Assembly (NCBI GenBank): GCA_964623985.1
Contig: CAZUXG010000004.1
Span: 1 to 45,984, forward strand
Source: an uncultured Thermodesulfobacteriota bacterium
GTDB lineage: Bacteria > Desulfobacterota > Anaeroferrophillalia > Anaeroferrophillales > Tharpellaceae
Reading direction: 5' to 3'
DNA: 45,984 nucleotides
Shown: positions 1 through 9,650 of the stretch, piece after piece
Numbering within the stretch: position 1 is the stretch's first letter
Layout of the letters: each line of letters opens with the position of its first letter
The notes under the pieces: model-generated
What the model was told of the DNA's origin: nothing
The model's database searches: none
The model's input: only the letters and a program-made list of their open reading frames with translations
Translations under genes and position numbers: made by a program

Positions 1-2
1 GG

Positions 3-260
3 ATGCTGGCCGGTGCAACTCTGACTGGTGTCTTCATGGCTCTTTTTATGTCAAACGCTGGTGGCGCTTGGGATAATGCCAAAAAATATATCGAACAGGG
101 CCATTGTGGTGGTAAAGGTTCCGACGCTCATAAAGCTGCGGTTACCGGTGACACGGTTGGCGATCCTTTCAAGGATACTTCTGGTCCGGCCATGAACATC
201 CTGATCAAATTGATGTCCATCGTCTCTCTGGTTATTGCTCCTCTTTTACTGAAAATGTAA
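3..260 (+). CDS. hppA: Membrane-bound H+/Na+-translocating pyrophosphatase, C-terminal part (gene starts before the window)
   Basis: Motifs [14 protein letters not shown] and [18 protein letters not shown]. Confidence 0.95.
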   Translation: MLAGATLTGVFMALFMSNAGGAWDNAKKYIEQGHCGGKGSDAHKAAVTGDTVGDPFKDTSGPAMNILIKLMSIVSLVIAPLLLKM

Positions 261-287
261 AAGAAGAGGGACTGTTTTTCTAAGTCT

Positions 288-319
288 AAGGCCAGCGCTC
301 ATAAGGCGCTGGCCTTTTT
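288..319 (+). terminator. Rho-independent terminator after hppA
   Basis: Stem aaggccagcgc / gcgctggcctt followed by a T tract. Confidence 0.85.
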
Positions 320-402
320 ACGTATTGACAAAGAGGGTGCTCTTTGGCTAGTTAGTTGCTCATGGGTTATAACTCAAAATAGTCAAAATATTTATCTACT
401 AA

Positions 403-457
403 GAAGATCCGAAGATCACAAAGAAAGGCTTTTTAACTTTGTGATCTTCGGATCTTC
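403..457. repeat. Perfect 21-bp inverted repeat (REP-like) upstream of yebC
   Basis: gaagatccgaagatcacaaag (403-423) and ctttgtgatcttcggatcttc (437-457), 13-nt spacer. Confidence 0.9.
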
Positions 458-547
458 GTGGTGCAAATTAAAAGTGCCTGTTCGGTTCTGGTTTATCCGC
501 TATGAGGGGGTTAATTTTTTGTTAAAAATAGGTTATGGAGTTTAGTT

Positions 548-1303
548 ATGTCGGGTCATAATAAGTGGAGTAGTATTAAACATAAAAAAGGTGCGGTCGA
601 TGCCAAGAGGGGCAAGATCTTTACTAAGATAATCAAGGAAATTATAGTTGCCGCCAGGGGCGGCGGGGGCGATTCTGATATGAATCCTCGTCTGCGCACG
701 GCAATAGCTACAGCTAAAGCTGCCAATATGCCGAAAGACAATATTGAGCGGGCCGTCAAGAAAGGCACCGGGGATCTCGATGGGGTTAGCTATGAAGAGT
801 ATTCCTATGAAGGTTATGGTCCTGGTGGCGCGGCAGTCATGCTTGATATATTGACCGACAACAAAAATCGAGCGGCCGCTGATGTGCGTCATATTTTTGC
901 TAAAGGTCATGGAAATTTAGGTGAAAATGGCTGTGTCTCTTGGATTTTTGAAACTAAAGGAGTGATTGTTTGCGAACGTGATAAGGTTGATGCGGAAAAT
1001 CTTTTTGAACTTGCTCTTGAGGCCGGGGCCGATGATATTATCGATGAAGTGGGTGAGGAGACCATCGAAATTCATACATCTACGGAAGCCTTTGAGGAAG
1101 TTCGTCAGTCTTTAGAGATTGAGGGCATTGAGATGATTTCTGCGGCAGTCGATAAAATTCCTTCAAATACAGTGAACCTTGAAGGTAAAGCCGCTGAGCA
1201 GATGCTCCGCTTGATGGATAATCTTGAAGATTGTGACGATATCCAAAAAATCTATTCCAATTTTGATATTGATGACGCTCTCCTGGAAGAGTTACAGGGT
1301 TAG
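548..1303 (+). CDS. yebC: YebC/PmpR family protein
   Basis: [15 protein letters not shown]-terminus, [13 protein letters not shown]; upstream of ruvCAB. Confidence 0.95.
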   Translation: MSGHNKWSSIKHKKGAVDAKRGKIFTKIIKEIIVAARGGGGDSDMNPRLRTAIATAKAANMPKDNIERAVKKGTGDLDGVSYEEYSYEGYGPGGAAVMLDILTDNKNRAAADVRHIFAKGHGNLGENGCVSWIFETKGVIVCERDKVDAENLFELALEAGADDIIDEVGEETIEIHTSTEAFEEVRQSLEIEGIEMISAAVDKIPSNTVNLEGKAAEQMLRLMDNLEDCDDIQKIYSNFDIDDALLEELQG

Positions 1304-1792
1304 ATGTTGGTTTTAGGTGTAGATCCGGGTAGTTCGGTGACCGGTTTTGGTTTGGTTGAGAACCTTGCCGGCCAACTTAGTTATTGTCATGATGAGCAGT
1401 TAAAGTTGCCGGCCAAAGCCGACGTTGGGGAGAAACTCGCCTTGCTTTACGACCATACTACGGGGCTTCTGGCTAAGTTCAAACCCGATCAGTTGGCGGT
1501 TGAAGGAATATTTTACGGCACTAATGTGAAAAGTATGCTGGTTTTGGGTCAGGCGCGTGGAGCCGTGATGGTTGCCGGGGCGAAATTTAAACTCACTATC
1601 CATGAATATCCTCCGACATTGGTCAAACAGGCTGTGGTCGGGTATGGTCATGCAACTAAGGAACAGGTTCAACATATGGTAAAGTTGTTGTTGAAAATTC
1701 CGGCGCTTGCCGGTGAGCATGCAGCTGATGCTCTGGCGATTGCCATCTGCCACCACCATCAGTTTCGTCTACAGGGGTGGCAGAAATTATGA
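1304..1792 (+). CDS. ruvC: Holliday junction resolvase RuvC
   Basis: LGVDPGS, GQARG, VKQAVVGYGHATKEQV, ADALAIAICH. Confidence 0.95.
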   Translation: MLVLGVDPGSSVTGFGLVENLAGQLSYCHDEQLKLPAKADVGEKLALLYDHTTGLLAKFKPDQLAVEGIFYGTNVKSMLVLGQARGAVMVAGAKFKLTIHEYPPTLVKQAVVGYGHATKEQVQHMVKLLLKIPALAGEHAADALAIAICHHHQFRLQGWQKL

Positions 1793-2397
1793 TTGGTAGA
1801 ATTCGTGGGCCGCTGGTTTATAAAGATACCGATGAAGTTATGGTCGAGGCTGGTGGTGTAGGATATCGTTTGCAGGTTTCTACGACCACCGGGGATAAAC
1901 TTCCAGTCCTCAATGAAGAGGTTGTTTTATGGGTGACCACAAAACTCAGGGATGATGCAATTCAGTTGTACGGTTTTTTTGAACGCCGTGAACAAGTTAT
2001 GTTTCTGCGCCTTCTAAAGGTTAATGGAGTAGGGCCCAAGCTTGCCTTTGCGATTATTTCCGGAGCTGATCTGGACCGGCTTGAGAGGCAGCTCATTAAT
2101 CAGGAGGTCGAAGAACTTGCTAAATTGCCGGGGGTCGGGAAAAAGCTTTCGCGGCGTTTGGTGCTGGAACTGGGTGAGTTGCTGAAAAAGGAGCTTGGCG
2201 ATATCATTTTGTCTGATCTTGTCGGGCATTCTACCAGTGGAGATGGTGTAGCTCATGAGTTGATGGAGGCTTTGCAAGTTTTGGGTTATCGTAGTAGTGA
2301 GGTGGAGACGCTTACCGTAAAGGTGCTTCATGAGCATCCCGGATTAAAGGTTGAAAAGCTTTTGAAATTGGTTTTACAGGAGCTCCATCATGGTTGA
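1789..2397 (+). CDS. ruvA: Holliday junction branch migration protein RuvA
   Basis: MIGRIRG start overlapping the ruvC stop (ATGA); LYGF, VNGVGPK and LPGVGKK HhH motifs. Confidence 0.93.
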   Translation: MIGRIRGPLVYKDTDEVMVEAGGVGYRLQVSTTTGDKLPVLNEEVVLWVTTKLRDDAIQLYGFFERREQVMFLRLLKVNGVGPKLAFAIISGADLDRLERQLINQEVEELAKLPGVGKKLSRRLVLELGELLKKELGDIILSDLVGHSTSGDGVAHELMEALQVLGYRSSEVETLTVKVLHEHPGLKVEKLLKLVLQELHHG

Positions 2398-3376
2398 TGA
2401 ACGCTTGTTGGAAGCCTCTTTAACCTCGGCTGATGGCGTTATTGAAGAGGGGCTGAGACCACATCAGCTCATCAACTATGTTGGTCAGAAAAAAGCTGTG
2501 ACCAATCTCAAGGTTTTTATCGAGGCCGCCCGAGGTCGAAGTGAAGCTCTTGATCATCTGCTTCTCTATGGACCTCCGGGTTTGGGAAAAACGACTTTGT
2601 CCCGTATCGTTGCCGGGGAAATGGGAGCTCAGATACGGGGCACATCAGGGCCGGCGATTACCCGGTCTGGTGATCTTGCGGCAATCCTGACCAACCTGCA
2701 ACCTCATGACATTCTTTTTATCGATGAAATCCACCGCCTCAATCGGGTGGTTGAAGAGATTCTCTATCCTGCGCTTGAGGATTTCAAGATCGATATCATC
2801 ATCGGTCAAGGGCCGGCGGCCCGTTCCATATCACTCGATTTGCCCCCCTTTACCCTGGTCGGAGCAACCACGAGGGTTGGTTTGCTCTCTTCACCCTTAC
2901 GGGATCGTTTCGGCATTGTCATGCGGCTTGAATTTTATAAGATTGATGAGCTTGCCAGAATTGTTATACGTTCGGCCCGGATTTTAGAAATTGTGATTGA
3001 AGATGAAGGAGCTCTGGAAATCTCTCGTCGTTCCAGAGGAACCCCGAGAATCGCAAATAGACTTCTGAAACGGGTGCGTGACTTTGCCCAGGTTGATGGC
3101 CTTGAGGTTATCTCAAAGAGTACTGCGGCTTCTGCTCTTGATAGTCTTGAGATTGATGAACGTGGCTTTGACAATCTGGATCGCCTCTTTATGGATGCCA
3201 TTATTAATAAATTTAATGGTGGTCCGGTTGGGATCGAGACTCTGGCGGCAATGTTAAATGAAGAGTCAGACACTCTTGAAGATGTTTGTGAGCCCTTTCT
3301 TCTCCAGGCCGGTTTTCTGGCTCGGACTCCCCGAGGACGAGTGGTGACTCGTTTGGCCCGTGAATATTTTACGTAA
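2390..3376 (+). CDS. ruvB: Holliday junction branch migration helicase RuvB
   Basis: [35 protein letters not shown]. Confidence 0.97.
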   Translation: MVDERLLEASLTSADGVIEEGLRPHQLINYVGQKKAVTNLKVFIEAARGRSEALDHLLLYGPPGLGKTTLSRIVAGEMGAQIRGTSGPAITRSGDLAAILTNLQPHDILFIDEIHRLNRVVEEILYPALEDFKIDIIIGQGPAARSISLDLPPFTLVGATTRVGLLSSPLRDRFGIVMRLEFYKIDELARIVIRSARILEIVIEDEGALEISRRSRGTPRIANRLLKRVRDFAQVDGLEVISKSTAASALDSLEIDERGFDNLDRLFMDAIINKFNGGPVGIETLAAMLNEESDTLEDVCEPFLLQAGFLARTPRGRVVTRLAREYFT

Positions 3377-3462
3377 AGTCGACAAAGTTTGTATTAATAC
3401 TTGACATCTATGTGTGGTTGTTGTTACTTTATGACCATTAAGAGTAAACTATAACACGCAGG

Positions 3463-4164
3463 GTGGTGATGGCGAGTTTGACTGATTTTGTTGTTCGGGA
3501 CTGGTTTGTTTATGTAGTCGGCCAGCAAAATGTTCAGAAAGGTTTATTGGCTTCATTTTTGGAGCGCGAATTCGGATTCCCTTGTCAGGTGGCTGAGAAT
3601 GGGATGGACCAGCCCTCGTTGACACTGGCTGGCGATCGCTCTCTGTTGTTGTTGCGGGACTGTTCTGATGATGAGGCAGAAACCATCTTCACCTATCTTG
3701 ATCTTTTCGGAGATCGTCTCTTGGCTGACGACAAATTTTACGTGGCTTTGATCAATCTGAATCCCGATCTTGATATTGAGGCCGAGCTCTTGCGTCGTGG
3801 AGTGCGCGGGGTTGTTAATGCCAATGCTGCTCCTAAACTGTTGGTTCGTTTTATCTTGGCTGTCGTTGCCGGGGAACTATGGTTTCCGCGGAACTTGGTC
3901 AGCCGTTGTATACTTGAAAGCCGTGGGCAGATTAATAATAAACATGAAAATCTTTTTTCAACTTCTTTACTGCCGGCGACCTTGACCGTCAGGGAGCGGG
4001 AAGTCTTGTTGGAGGTCGGTATCGGATCGACTAATGATCAGATCGCTGAACATCTCTGTATCAGTCAGCATACGGTAAAAAGTCATATCTATCGTATCTT
4101 TCGTAAAATCAATGTTCCCAACCGTCTCCAGGCGGCTCTATGGGCCTCTAAGTACCTAGTTTGA
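3463..4164 (+). CDS. LuxR-family regulator, CsgD/VpsT-like (degenerate receiver domain + HTH); start may be 3469
   Basis: C-terminal LTVREREVL...NDQIAEHLCISQHTVKSHIYRIFRKINVPNRLQAALWA; GELWFPR linker. Confidence 0.85.
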   Translation: MVMASLTDFVVRDWFVYVVGQQNVQKGLLASFLEREFGFPCQVAENGMDQPSLTLAGDRSLLLLRDCSDDEAETIFTYLDLFGDRLLADDKFYVALINLNPDLDIEAELLRRGVRGVVNANAAPKLLVRFILAVVAGELWFPRNLVSRCILESRGQINNKHENLFSTSLLPATLTVREREVLLEVGIGSTNDQIAEHLCISQHTVKSHIYRIFRKINVPNRLQAALWASKYLV

Positions 4165-4352
4165 AAACTTTTAAAAATAAAATAGTACTTTTTTAATACT
4201 TTTGACCGATTGATTTTTTTGTTGGATATAGTATAATATGCTGAAGGTAAGGTAGTAAAGTTTGTTATTAAGGATGTCTTATCTCCTAGATTAGGGTTAT
4301 GTTTTAGTGTAACAGTTAGGCGGGAAGCATTTAAAAGAAATATGGTGGAATT

Positions 4353-4673
4353 ATGGAAAGAAGAGTAGTGACCAGATATAATCTTCAGGTTCCGGCTCAA
4401 GTTGAAACAATGTTGAGTAGTGGTGATGTCCAGTTATATGAATGGAAAACCCGGGATGTTTCTTCCAGCGGAGCTTTTCTCGTGACAGACGACAGTCAGC
4501 CGTTAGAAAAAGGGACTGTTATCAAGGTCAATCTTTATCTCAACTCTTTTTCTGGGGATGGTTCATGGGTCGAGATGAATGGCCGAGTGGTACGCCTTGA
4601 GAATGAAGGTGTCGGGGTTTGTTTTGATGGTCAATATCAGTTTGTCAGCAATGTCCCTGATCTTAATATGTAG
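4353..4673 (+). CDS. Single-domain PilZ protein
   Basis: RxxxR (ERRVVTR) and DxSxxG (DVSSSG) motifs; C-terminal GRVVR...GVGVCF. Confidence 0.85.
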   Translation: MERRVVTRYNLQVPAQVETMLSSGDVQLYEWKTRDVSSSGAFLVTDDSQPLEKGTVIKVNLYLNSFSGDGSWVEMNGRVVRLENEGVGVCFDGQYQFVSNVPDLNM

Positions 4674-4689
4674 TCAAAAAATATTCAAA

Positions 4690-4761
4690 TAACGTTTTTA
4701 TCCAATTAAAAAACCAGGACGGAAAAGCTGTCCTGGTTTTTTTGATTGAATAAAAACGTTA
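4690..4761. terminator. Long (~31-bp arms) imperfect hairpin, probable terminator after the PilZ gene
   Basis: taacgtttttatccaattaaaaaaccaggac / gtcctggtttttttgattgaataaaaacgtta. Confidence 0.75.
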
Positions 4762-4912
4762 GAGAATGAGTGGTTTAGGTTATACTATTTTAGCCATGAA
4801 GATAGAGAATTTTTTTGGTGCTGTTTCGGCCGGGCCAACTTAGTAATTAAATTTAGTGGGGTTCTCAATATTTGTTAACTAGGGTGCTAGAAAAGTCTGG
4901 GGAAGAAGTGTT

Positions 4913-5920
4913 ATGAGTGTACTGGTAACCGGGGCTGCCGGTTTCATAGGTTTTCACGTCAGCCAAAGGTTGCTGGTTGAGGGGGTTAAGGTTGTTGGCT
5001 TGGACAACCTTAATGATTACTATGATGTCGGTTTGAAAAAAGCCCGTCTTAAAATTTTACTGAAAGAGAAAAATTTCTCTTTTGTTGCTCTCGATCTGGT
5101 TGATACGGATGGGATGCGGAAACTTTTTAAAGAGAGCTCCTTTAAGCAGGTTATCAATCTTGCTGCCCAGGCCGGAGTTCGTTACAGTATGGAAAATCCC
5201 AAGGCTTACGTCGACAGTAATCTTTCCGGTTTTCTTAATATCCTTGAAGGTTGCCGCCATAACCGGGTGGGACATTTGATCTATGCTTCATCGAGCTCAG
5301 TCTATGGTCTCAATACGCAGATGCCATTTTCTGTACATGATAATGTTGATCACCCGGTAAGTCTCTACGCGGCCAGTAAAAAGGCCAATGAACTGATGGC
5401 CCATGCCTATAGCCATCTTTATCAGTTGCCGGTTACGGGGTTACGTTTTTTTACGGTTTACGGCCCCTGGGGGCGGCCCGATATGGCTCTTTTTCTCTTT
5501 ACCCGGGCTATTTTGGCCGGTGAGCCGATAAAGGTTTTTAACCAAGGAGAAATGCAGCGTGATTTTACCTATATCGATGATATAGTAGAGGGGATTGTTC
5601 GTCTGGTCCCGCATCTTCCGGAAGCTAATAGCGATTGGAATGGAGCTTCACCTGATCCCGGTAGCAGTCCCGCCCCTTATCGTCTCTACAATATCGGTAA
5701 CCATAGTCCGGTCAAATTGCTTGATTTTATCGCTGTGCTTGAAAAATCGTTGGGCAGAAAAGCAAAAAAAGAGTTACTGCCAATGCAGCCCGGAGATGTG
5801 CCGGCGACCTATGCCGATGTTGCTGACCTCCAGGCGGCTGTTGATTTCAGCCCGGCTACGTCGTTAGAGAAAGGTGTAGAAGAGTTTGTTAGGTGGTATC
5901 GTGGTTATTATGGGTGCTGA
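4913..5920 (+). CDS. NAD-dependent epimerase, UDP-glucuronate 4-epimerase type
   Basis: VTGAAGFIG, LAAQAGVRYS, YASSSSVYG, YAASKK, RFFTVYGPWGRPDMA. Confidence 0.92.
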   Translation: MSVLVTGAAGFIGFHVSQRLLVEGVKVVGLDNLNDYYDVGLKKARLKILLKEKNFSFVALDLVDTDGMRKLFKESSFKQVINLAAQAGVRYSMENPKAYVDSNLSGFLNILEGCRHNRVGHLIYASSSSVYGLNTQMPFSVHDNVDHPVSLYAASKKANELMAHAYSHLYQLPVTGLRFFTVYGPWGRPDMALFLFTRAILAGEPIKVFNQGEMQRDFTYIDDIVEGIVRLVPHLPEANSDWNGASPDPGSSPAPYRLYNIGNHSPVKLLDFIAVLEKSLGRKAKKELLPMQPGDVPATYADVADLQAAVDFSPATSLEKGVEEFVRWYRGYYGC

Positions 5921-5942
5921 AAGAGTATCGTTGTTGCTAAAT

Positions 5943-5975
5943 AAAAAAGGGCGGTTTTTTAACCGCCCTTTTTTT
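5943..5975. terminator. Bidirectional Rho-independent terminator
   Basis: aaaaaagggcggtt-tttt-aaccgccctttttt between convergent transcription units. Confidence 0.9.
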
Positions 5976-5996
5976 GAGTTTTGTGCAAATTAAAAT

Positions 5997-6182
5997 TTAG
6001 GCCATGACTTTAAACCGGGTACCTGATTGTCCGGCATTGGTTGAGAGCCCTTCTCCAATTCGTAACTGAGTCGCAATTTCATTCTTTTGGATTGGAGTTT
6101 GATTTTTGGTAAGTGTGGTACTGTTGGTGGTCGTCGGCAGGTTCAATCTGAAATTTGCTGTTTGTGATATCTGAAAAAGCAA
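5997..6182 (-). CDS. Possible small hypothetical protein (61 aa, Thr/Asn/Gln-rich, ends GTRFKVMA)
   Basis: ORF fills the gap between lpxB and the terminator; TTG start with no clear RBS. Confidence 0.35.
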   Translation of the reverse strand: MLFQISQTANFRLNLPTTTNSTTLTKNQTPIQKNEIATQLRIGEGLSTNAGQSGTRFKVMA

Positions 6183-6266
6183 TTTGGAGTAAAATTAAAC
6201 AAATTTTCTAATTCAAAGTTATTACGCAGTCAAAGCAGGATGACCTAAACCAGCCAACGGCGATAA

Positions 6267-7397
6267 TTATTCATTTTTTCTCAGTACTTTTTCGATGGCT
6301 TTGGCGGCTCGTTCAGGTGCGCCGGCTTTTCCTAATTTCCCCTTGAGGGTTTTGAGCTCATGGCAGACCCTAAGGTAATTTTCAGGGTTGTCAAGCAGAG
6401 CCCTCATTTGGGCTGTGATTTTTTCCGGGAGTGCTTCATGCTGAATCAACTCCGGGACAATTTCTTTTTCAGCTATCAGGTTAACCAGACTAATGTGGGG
6501 AACTGAGATCAATCTTTTGCCAAGTTGATAGGAGAGCTGGTTAACTTTATAGATGACCACCATAGGGACTTCAGCCAATGCTGTTTCCAGAGTGGCCGTG
6601 CCTGAGGTGACGAGGGCAAAAGAGACTTTTTTCAAGGCCTTCGAGAGCGGTTGCCGAAGCAGGGTGACATGGTCGGCCAAGTTGGCTGGGAGCATCTCCT
6701 GAATGAATCCGGTTTTAATTGACGGAGCAACCGGAATAATGAAGCGAGTGTCTGGTTTTTCTCTTGTATAGAGGCAGGCTGCAGTCAGCATTATCGGCAG
6801 CAGGCGTTTTATTTCTCCGTTTCGACTTCCGGGGATCAGGGCAATATAGGGTCGTTCACTGTGGGGTTTGCAACGAAAATATTTGAATTCATCAAGCAGC
6901 GGGTGCCCAACATATTCGACAGCAATGTTGTTACAGCGATAAAACTCCTCTTCGAAGGGTAGGATAACCAGGATTTTTTCGACCAGTTTGTTAATGTTGG
7001 TAACTCGTTTTTGACGCCAGGCCCAGACCTGAGGGCTGATATAGTAGACAATTGGTATCTTGAGTTTGCGGGCATAGGGAGCGACCAAGTGGAGATTGAA
7101 ATCAGGGAAATCAATCAAAACCAGCAGGTCCGGTCGGCTTTCCCGAAGATGTTTCCTGATCGCCCTGCAGCCTGCTAGAATGTCAGGCAGGCTGCTTAAA
7201 ACTTCGGTTATACCGACGACGGCCAAGCGGGCTGATGGGAAAATTAGCTCAACCCCTTTTTCTCTCATCTTTTGGCTGCCGATGCCGGAAAGCCTGCACT
7301 GGGGCAGTCGCTGACGCAGGGCTGCCGCCAAGTTGGCGCCGTGGAAATCGCCGGAATCTTCACCGGCGACAATAACCAGATGGGGGGAGTCATTCAT
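6267..7397 (-). CDS. lpxB: Lipid-A-disaccharide synthase
   Basis: AGEDSGD, IDFPDFN, YYISPQVWAWR, PGSR, SGTATLE. Confidence 0.95.
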   Translation of the reverse strand: MNDSPHLVIVAGEDSGDFHGANLAAALRQRLPQCRLSGIGSQKMREKGVELIFPSARLAVVGITEVLSSLPDILAGCRAIRKHLRESRPDLLVLIDFPDFNLHLVAPYARKLKIPIVYYISPQVWAWRQKRVTNINKLVEKILVILPFEEEFYRCNNIAVEYVGHPLLDEFKYFRCKPHSERPYIALIPGSRNGEIKRLLPIMLTAACLYTREKPDTRFIIPVAPSIKTGFIQEMLPANLADHVTLLRQPLSKALKKVSFALVTSGTATLETALAEVPMVVIYKVNQLSYQLGKRLISVPHISLVNLIAEKEIVPELIQHEALPEKITAQMRALLDNPENYLRVCHELKTLKGKLGKAGAPERAAKAIEKVLRKNE

Positions 7398-7424
7398 AGT
7401 TTAAGTTCAAAGTTCAGAGTTAAA
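7398..7424. repeat. Degenerate heptamer tandem repeat (AGTTCAA)n directly upstream of the lpxB start
   Basis: agttta agttcaa agttcag agttaaa. Confidence 0.6.
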
Positions 7425-7433
7425 CTCACAACT

Positions 7434-8414
7434 TCAGACATCTTCCCAGGTGTATTGCTGCTTTTTAATGGTTTCTTTGATACGGATTGCGGTTGATAGA
7501 GCCAGAAGGCCTTCGTTGCCGCTGACGATCGGTTTTCGGCGGTGGCGGATGGCGTCGATAAAGTCCTCTATCTCAAGCCGCAAATTATCACTTTTGGGAT
7601 AGGTCAGCTCTTCGGTGGTGACTTTGGGCAATGGTTCAAGATAGCTGCCTTCCTGGCGGTGGCAGATAGTGGCAGAAAAATTGCCGAAGTCAAGAGAAAA
7701 GTAGCTATCCGGTTGGAAAATTCTTATTCGACGTTCCGGATTTAAGGAAACCCGGCTGGCGGTCAGATTGGCCACGGCGCCATTTTGAAAATGAATGCGT
7801 ACGTTGGCAATGTCGGTTTGCTTGGAGATAACCGGAACTCCGACGGCGTCGATACTGGTTATTGGACTCTGAATTATTTCATGAACCAGATCAATATCGT
7901 GGATCATCAAGTCGAGTATAACATCGATATCGATACTCCGGAAACTGAAAGGGGAGAGTCTGTGGACTTCAATAAAACGCGGATTAAGTAGATGATTTCG
8001 GGTTTCTGTAAAAGCTGGATTAAAACGTTCCAGGAGACCGACTTGAAGAATACATTTATACTCGTTTGCCAGTTCGATCAGAGTTTGGGCTTCATTTTCG
8101 GTCGTGGTTATCGGTTTTTCAATCAGGACATCAATGTTTTTTAGCAATGCTTTACGGGCCAGTTCAAAATGGGCCGAAGTCGGGGCGGCTATGGAGACCG
8201 CTTGACACTTCATAAGCAGATCGTTAAGATTTTGGAACGCCGGGACTGAAAGTTTATTGCCAACTTCCCGGGCTTGGTTGAGGTTCAGATCGTAGACCCC
8301 AACCAGTTCGACATTGTCAAGCAGGGCATACTTTTCGGCATGGAAAGCCCCGAGATGTCCGACTCCTATAACCCCCGTTTTGATGACCTTTAAGTTTTCT
8401 ACTTTCTTCGACAT
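7434..8414 (-). CDS. Gfo/Idh/MocA oxidoreductase, probably GnnA-like UDP-GlcNAc 3-dehydrogenase
   Basis: GVIGVGHLG, EKP, ERFNPA, DLMIHDID; lies between lpxA and lpxB. Confidence 0.85.
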   Translation of the reverse strand: MSKKVENLKVIKTGVIGVGHLGAFHAEKYALLDNVELVGVYDLNLNQAREVGNKLSVPAFQNLNDLLMKCQAVSIAAPTSAHFELARKALLKNIDVLIEKPITTTENEAQTLIELANEYKCILQVGLLERFNPAFTETRNHLLNPRFIEVHRLSPFSFRSIDIDVILDLMIHDIDLVHEIIQSPITSIDAVGVPVISKQTDIANVRIHFQNGAVANLTASRVSLNPERRIRIFQPDSYFSLDFGNFSATICHRQEGSYLEPLPKVTTEELTYPKSDNLRLEIEDFIDAIRHRRKPIVSGNEGLLALSTAIRIKETIKKQQYTWEDV

Positions 8415-9184
8415 ACGCCCCGTTTCGATTGTTTTATAAAGTTGATCATATGTGCGACCTCGGGAATATTCTCGACCTCATTTTCAACTTGTTCAATGGC
8501 TTTAGCCAGTGAGATCCCGGTTGTGCGGAAGAGAATGCGAAAGGCTTGGTTGATGGTTTTTATGGTCTTTTTACTGAAATTATGCCTTTTTAAACCTTCA
8601 CTGTTAAGGCCGTAGAGGCGGGTGTGGTTGCCGTTGGCCAAGACATAGGGTGGAATATCTTGGGAAACGCCGGAAGCGCCGCCGATAAAGGAGTAAGCTC
8701 CAATCCGGCAAAATTGATGAATGGCGCTCAAGCCTCCGATTATCGCATGATCCTCAACCTCGCTGTGTCCGCCAAAGGTGGCTCCGTTTGAGAGAATAAT
8801 ATGATCACCGAACTGACAGTCATGGGCGATATGGGAATAGGCCATGATAAAGTTCTGCGAACCGATGCGCGTTGAGCCGCCGCCGTGTTCGGTTCCGCGA
8901 CTGATGGTCGCATACTCTCGGATGACGGTATGGTTGCCGATGATAAGTTCCGACATGCCTTCCTGGTACTTGAGATCCTGCGGATCGGTGCCGACCAAGG
9001 CATAAGGGTAGACCCGGCATGATGAACCGATAACCGTTTTGCCTTTTATTGTGGCATGATGATCAATAATCGTTCCGTTTCCCAGGTGGACTTCACCTTC
9101 AATGACCGCATATGGCCCGATAGTGACATCGTCGGCGAAGGTTGTCTGATCCGAAAGTATGGCGGTTGGGTGAATTGTCGACAT
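8399..9184 (-). CDS. lpxA: Acyl-ACP:UDP-GlcNAc O-acyltransferase
   Basis: IHPTA start, hexapeptide repeats, PQDLKY, HIAHDC, HQFCRIG. Confidence 0.95.
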   Translation of the reverse strand: MSTIHPTAILSDQTTFADDVTIGPYAVIEGEVHLGNGTIIDHHATIKGKTVIGSSCRVYPYALVGTDPQDLKYQEGMSELIIGNHTVIREYATISRGTEHGGGSTRIGSQNFIMAYSHIAHDCQFGDHIILSNGATFGGHSEVEDHAIIGGLSAIHQFCRIGAYSFIGGASGVSQDIPPYVLANGNHTRLYGLNSEGLKRHNFSKKTIKTINQAFRILFRTTGISLAKAIEQVENEVENIPEVAHMINFIKQSKRGVCRRK

Positions 9185-9186
9185 TT

Positions 9187-9642
9187 TTAACCTTTTCCGA
9201 TACTGGCCATCATCTCTGCTTCACTGACCAGGGTTCCATCGACTTCAGCTCGGCCGTGGAATTTCCAGATATCACGGCGTTGGTTGATCAGTTTCAGGGT
9301 CATGATCAGGGTATCGCCCGGTAGTACTGGCTTACGGAAGCGGGCTTTGTCGATGCTCATGAAAAACATCTTGGTGTCCGGATCATCACTCGCTTTAATA
9401 TTCAAGGACTCCATTGCAAAAATCCCGCCGGTCTGAGCCATTGCCTCGATAATTAAAACCCCCGGCATGACCGGAAAAGAGGGAAAATGACCAGTGAAAA
9501 AAGGCTCGTTAACAGTGACATTTTTGCATCCCACGATATTGCTGCCTGGGGTTAGCTCAAGAATTTTATCAACCAGGAGAAAGGGATAGCGATGCGGTAG
9601 AAAGCGCATGATCTGCTGGATATTCATCAATGGTGACGCCAT
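9187..9642 (-). CDS. fabZ: 3-hydroxyacyl-ACP dehydratase
   Basis: LPHRYPFLLVD, NEPFFTGHFP, MPGVLIIEAMAQ; start placed at the ATG just after the skp stop. Confidence 0.95.
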   Translation of the reverse strand: MASPLMNIQQIMRFLPHRYPFLLVDKILELTPGSNIVGCKNVTVNEPFFTGHFPSFPVMPGVLIIEAMAQTGGIFAMESLNIKASDDPDTKMFFMSIDKARFRKPVLPGDTLIMTLKLINQRRDIWKFHGRAEVDGTLVSEAEMMASIGKG

Positions 9643-9650
9643 CTTGTTCC

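Noticed and set aside
5915-5944. Epimerase ends Cys-TGA with a short open frame after it (possible C-U motif)
   Set aside because: The protein is already complete at the usual family C-terminus (WYRxYY), and the following hairpin is a poly-A/poly-T terminator, not a SECIS.
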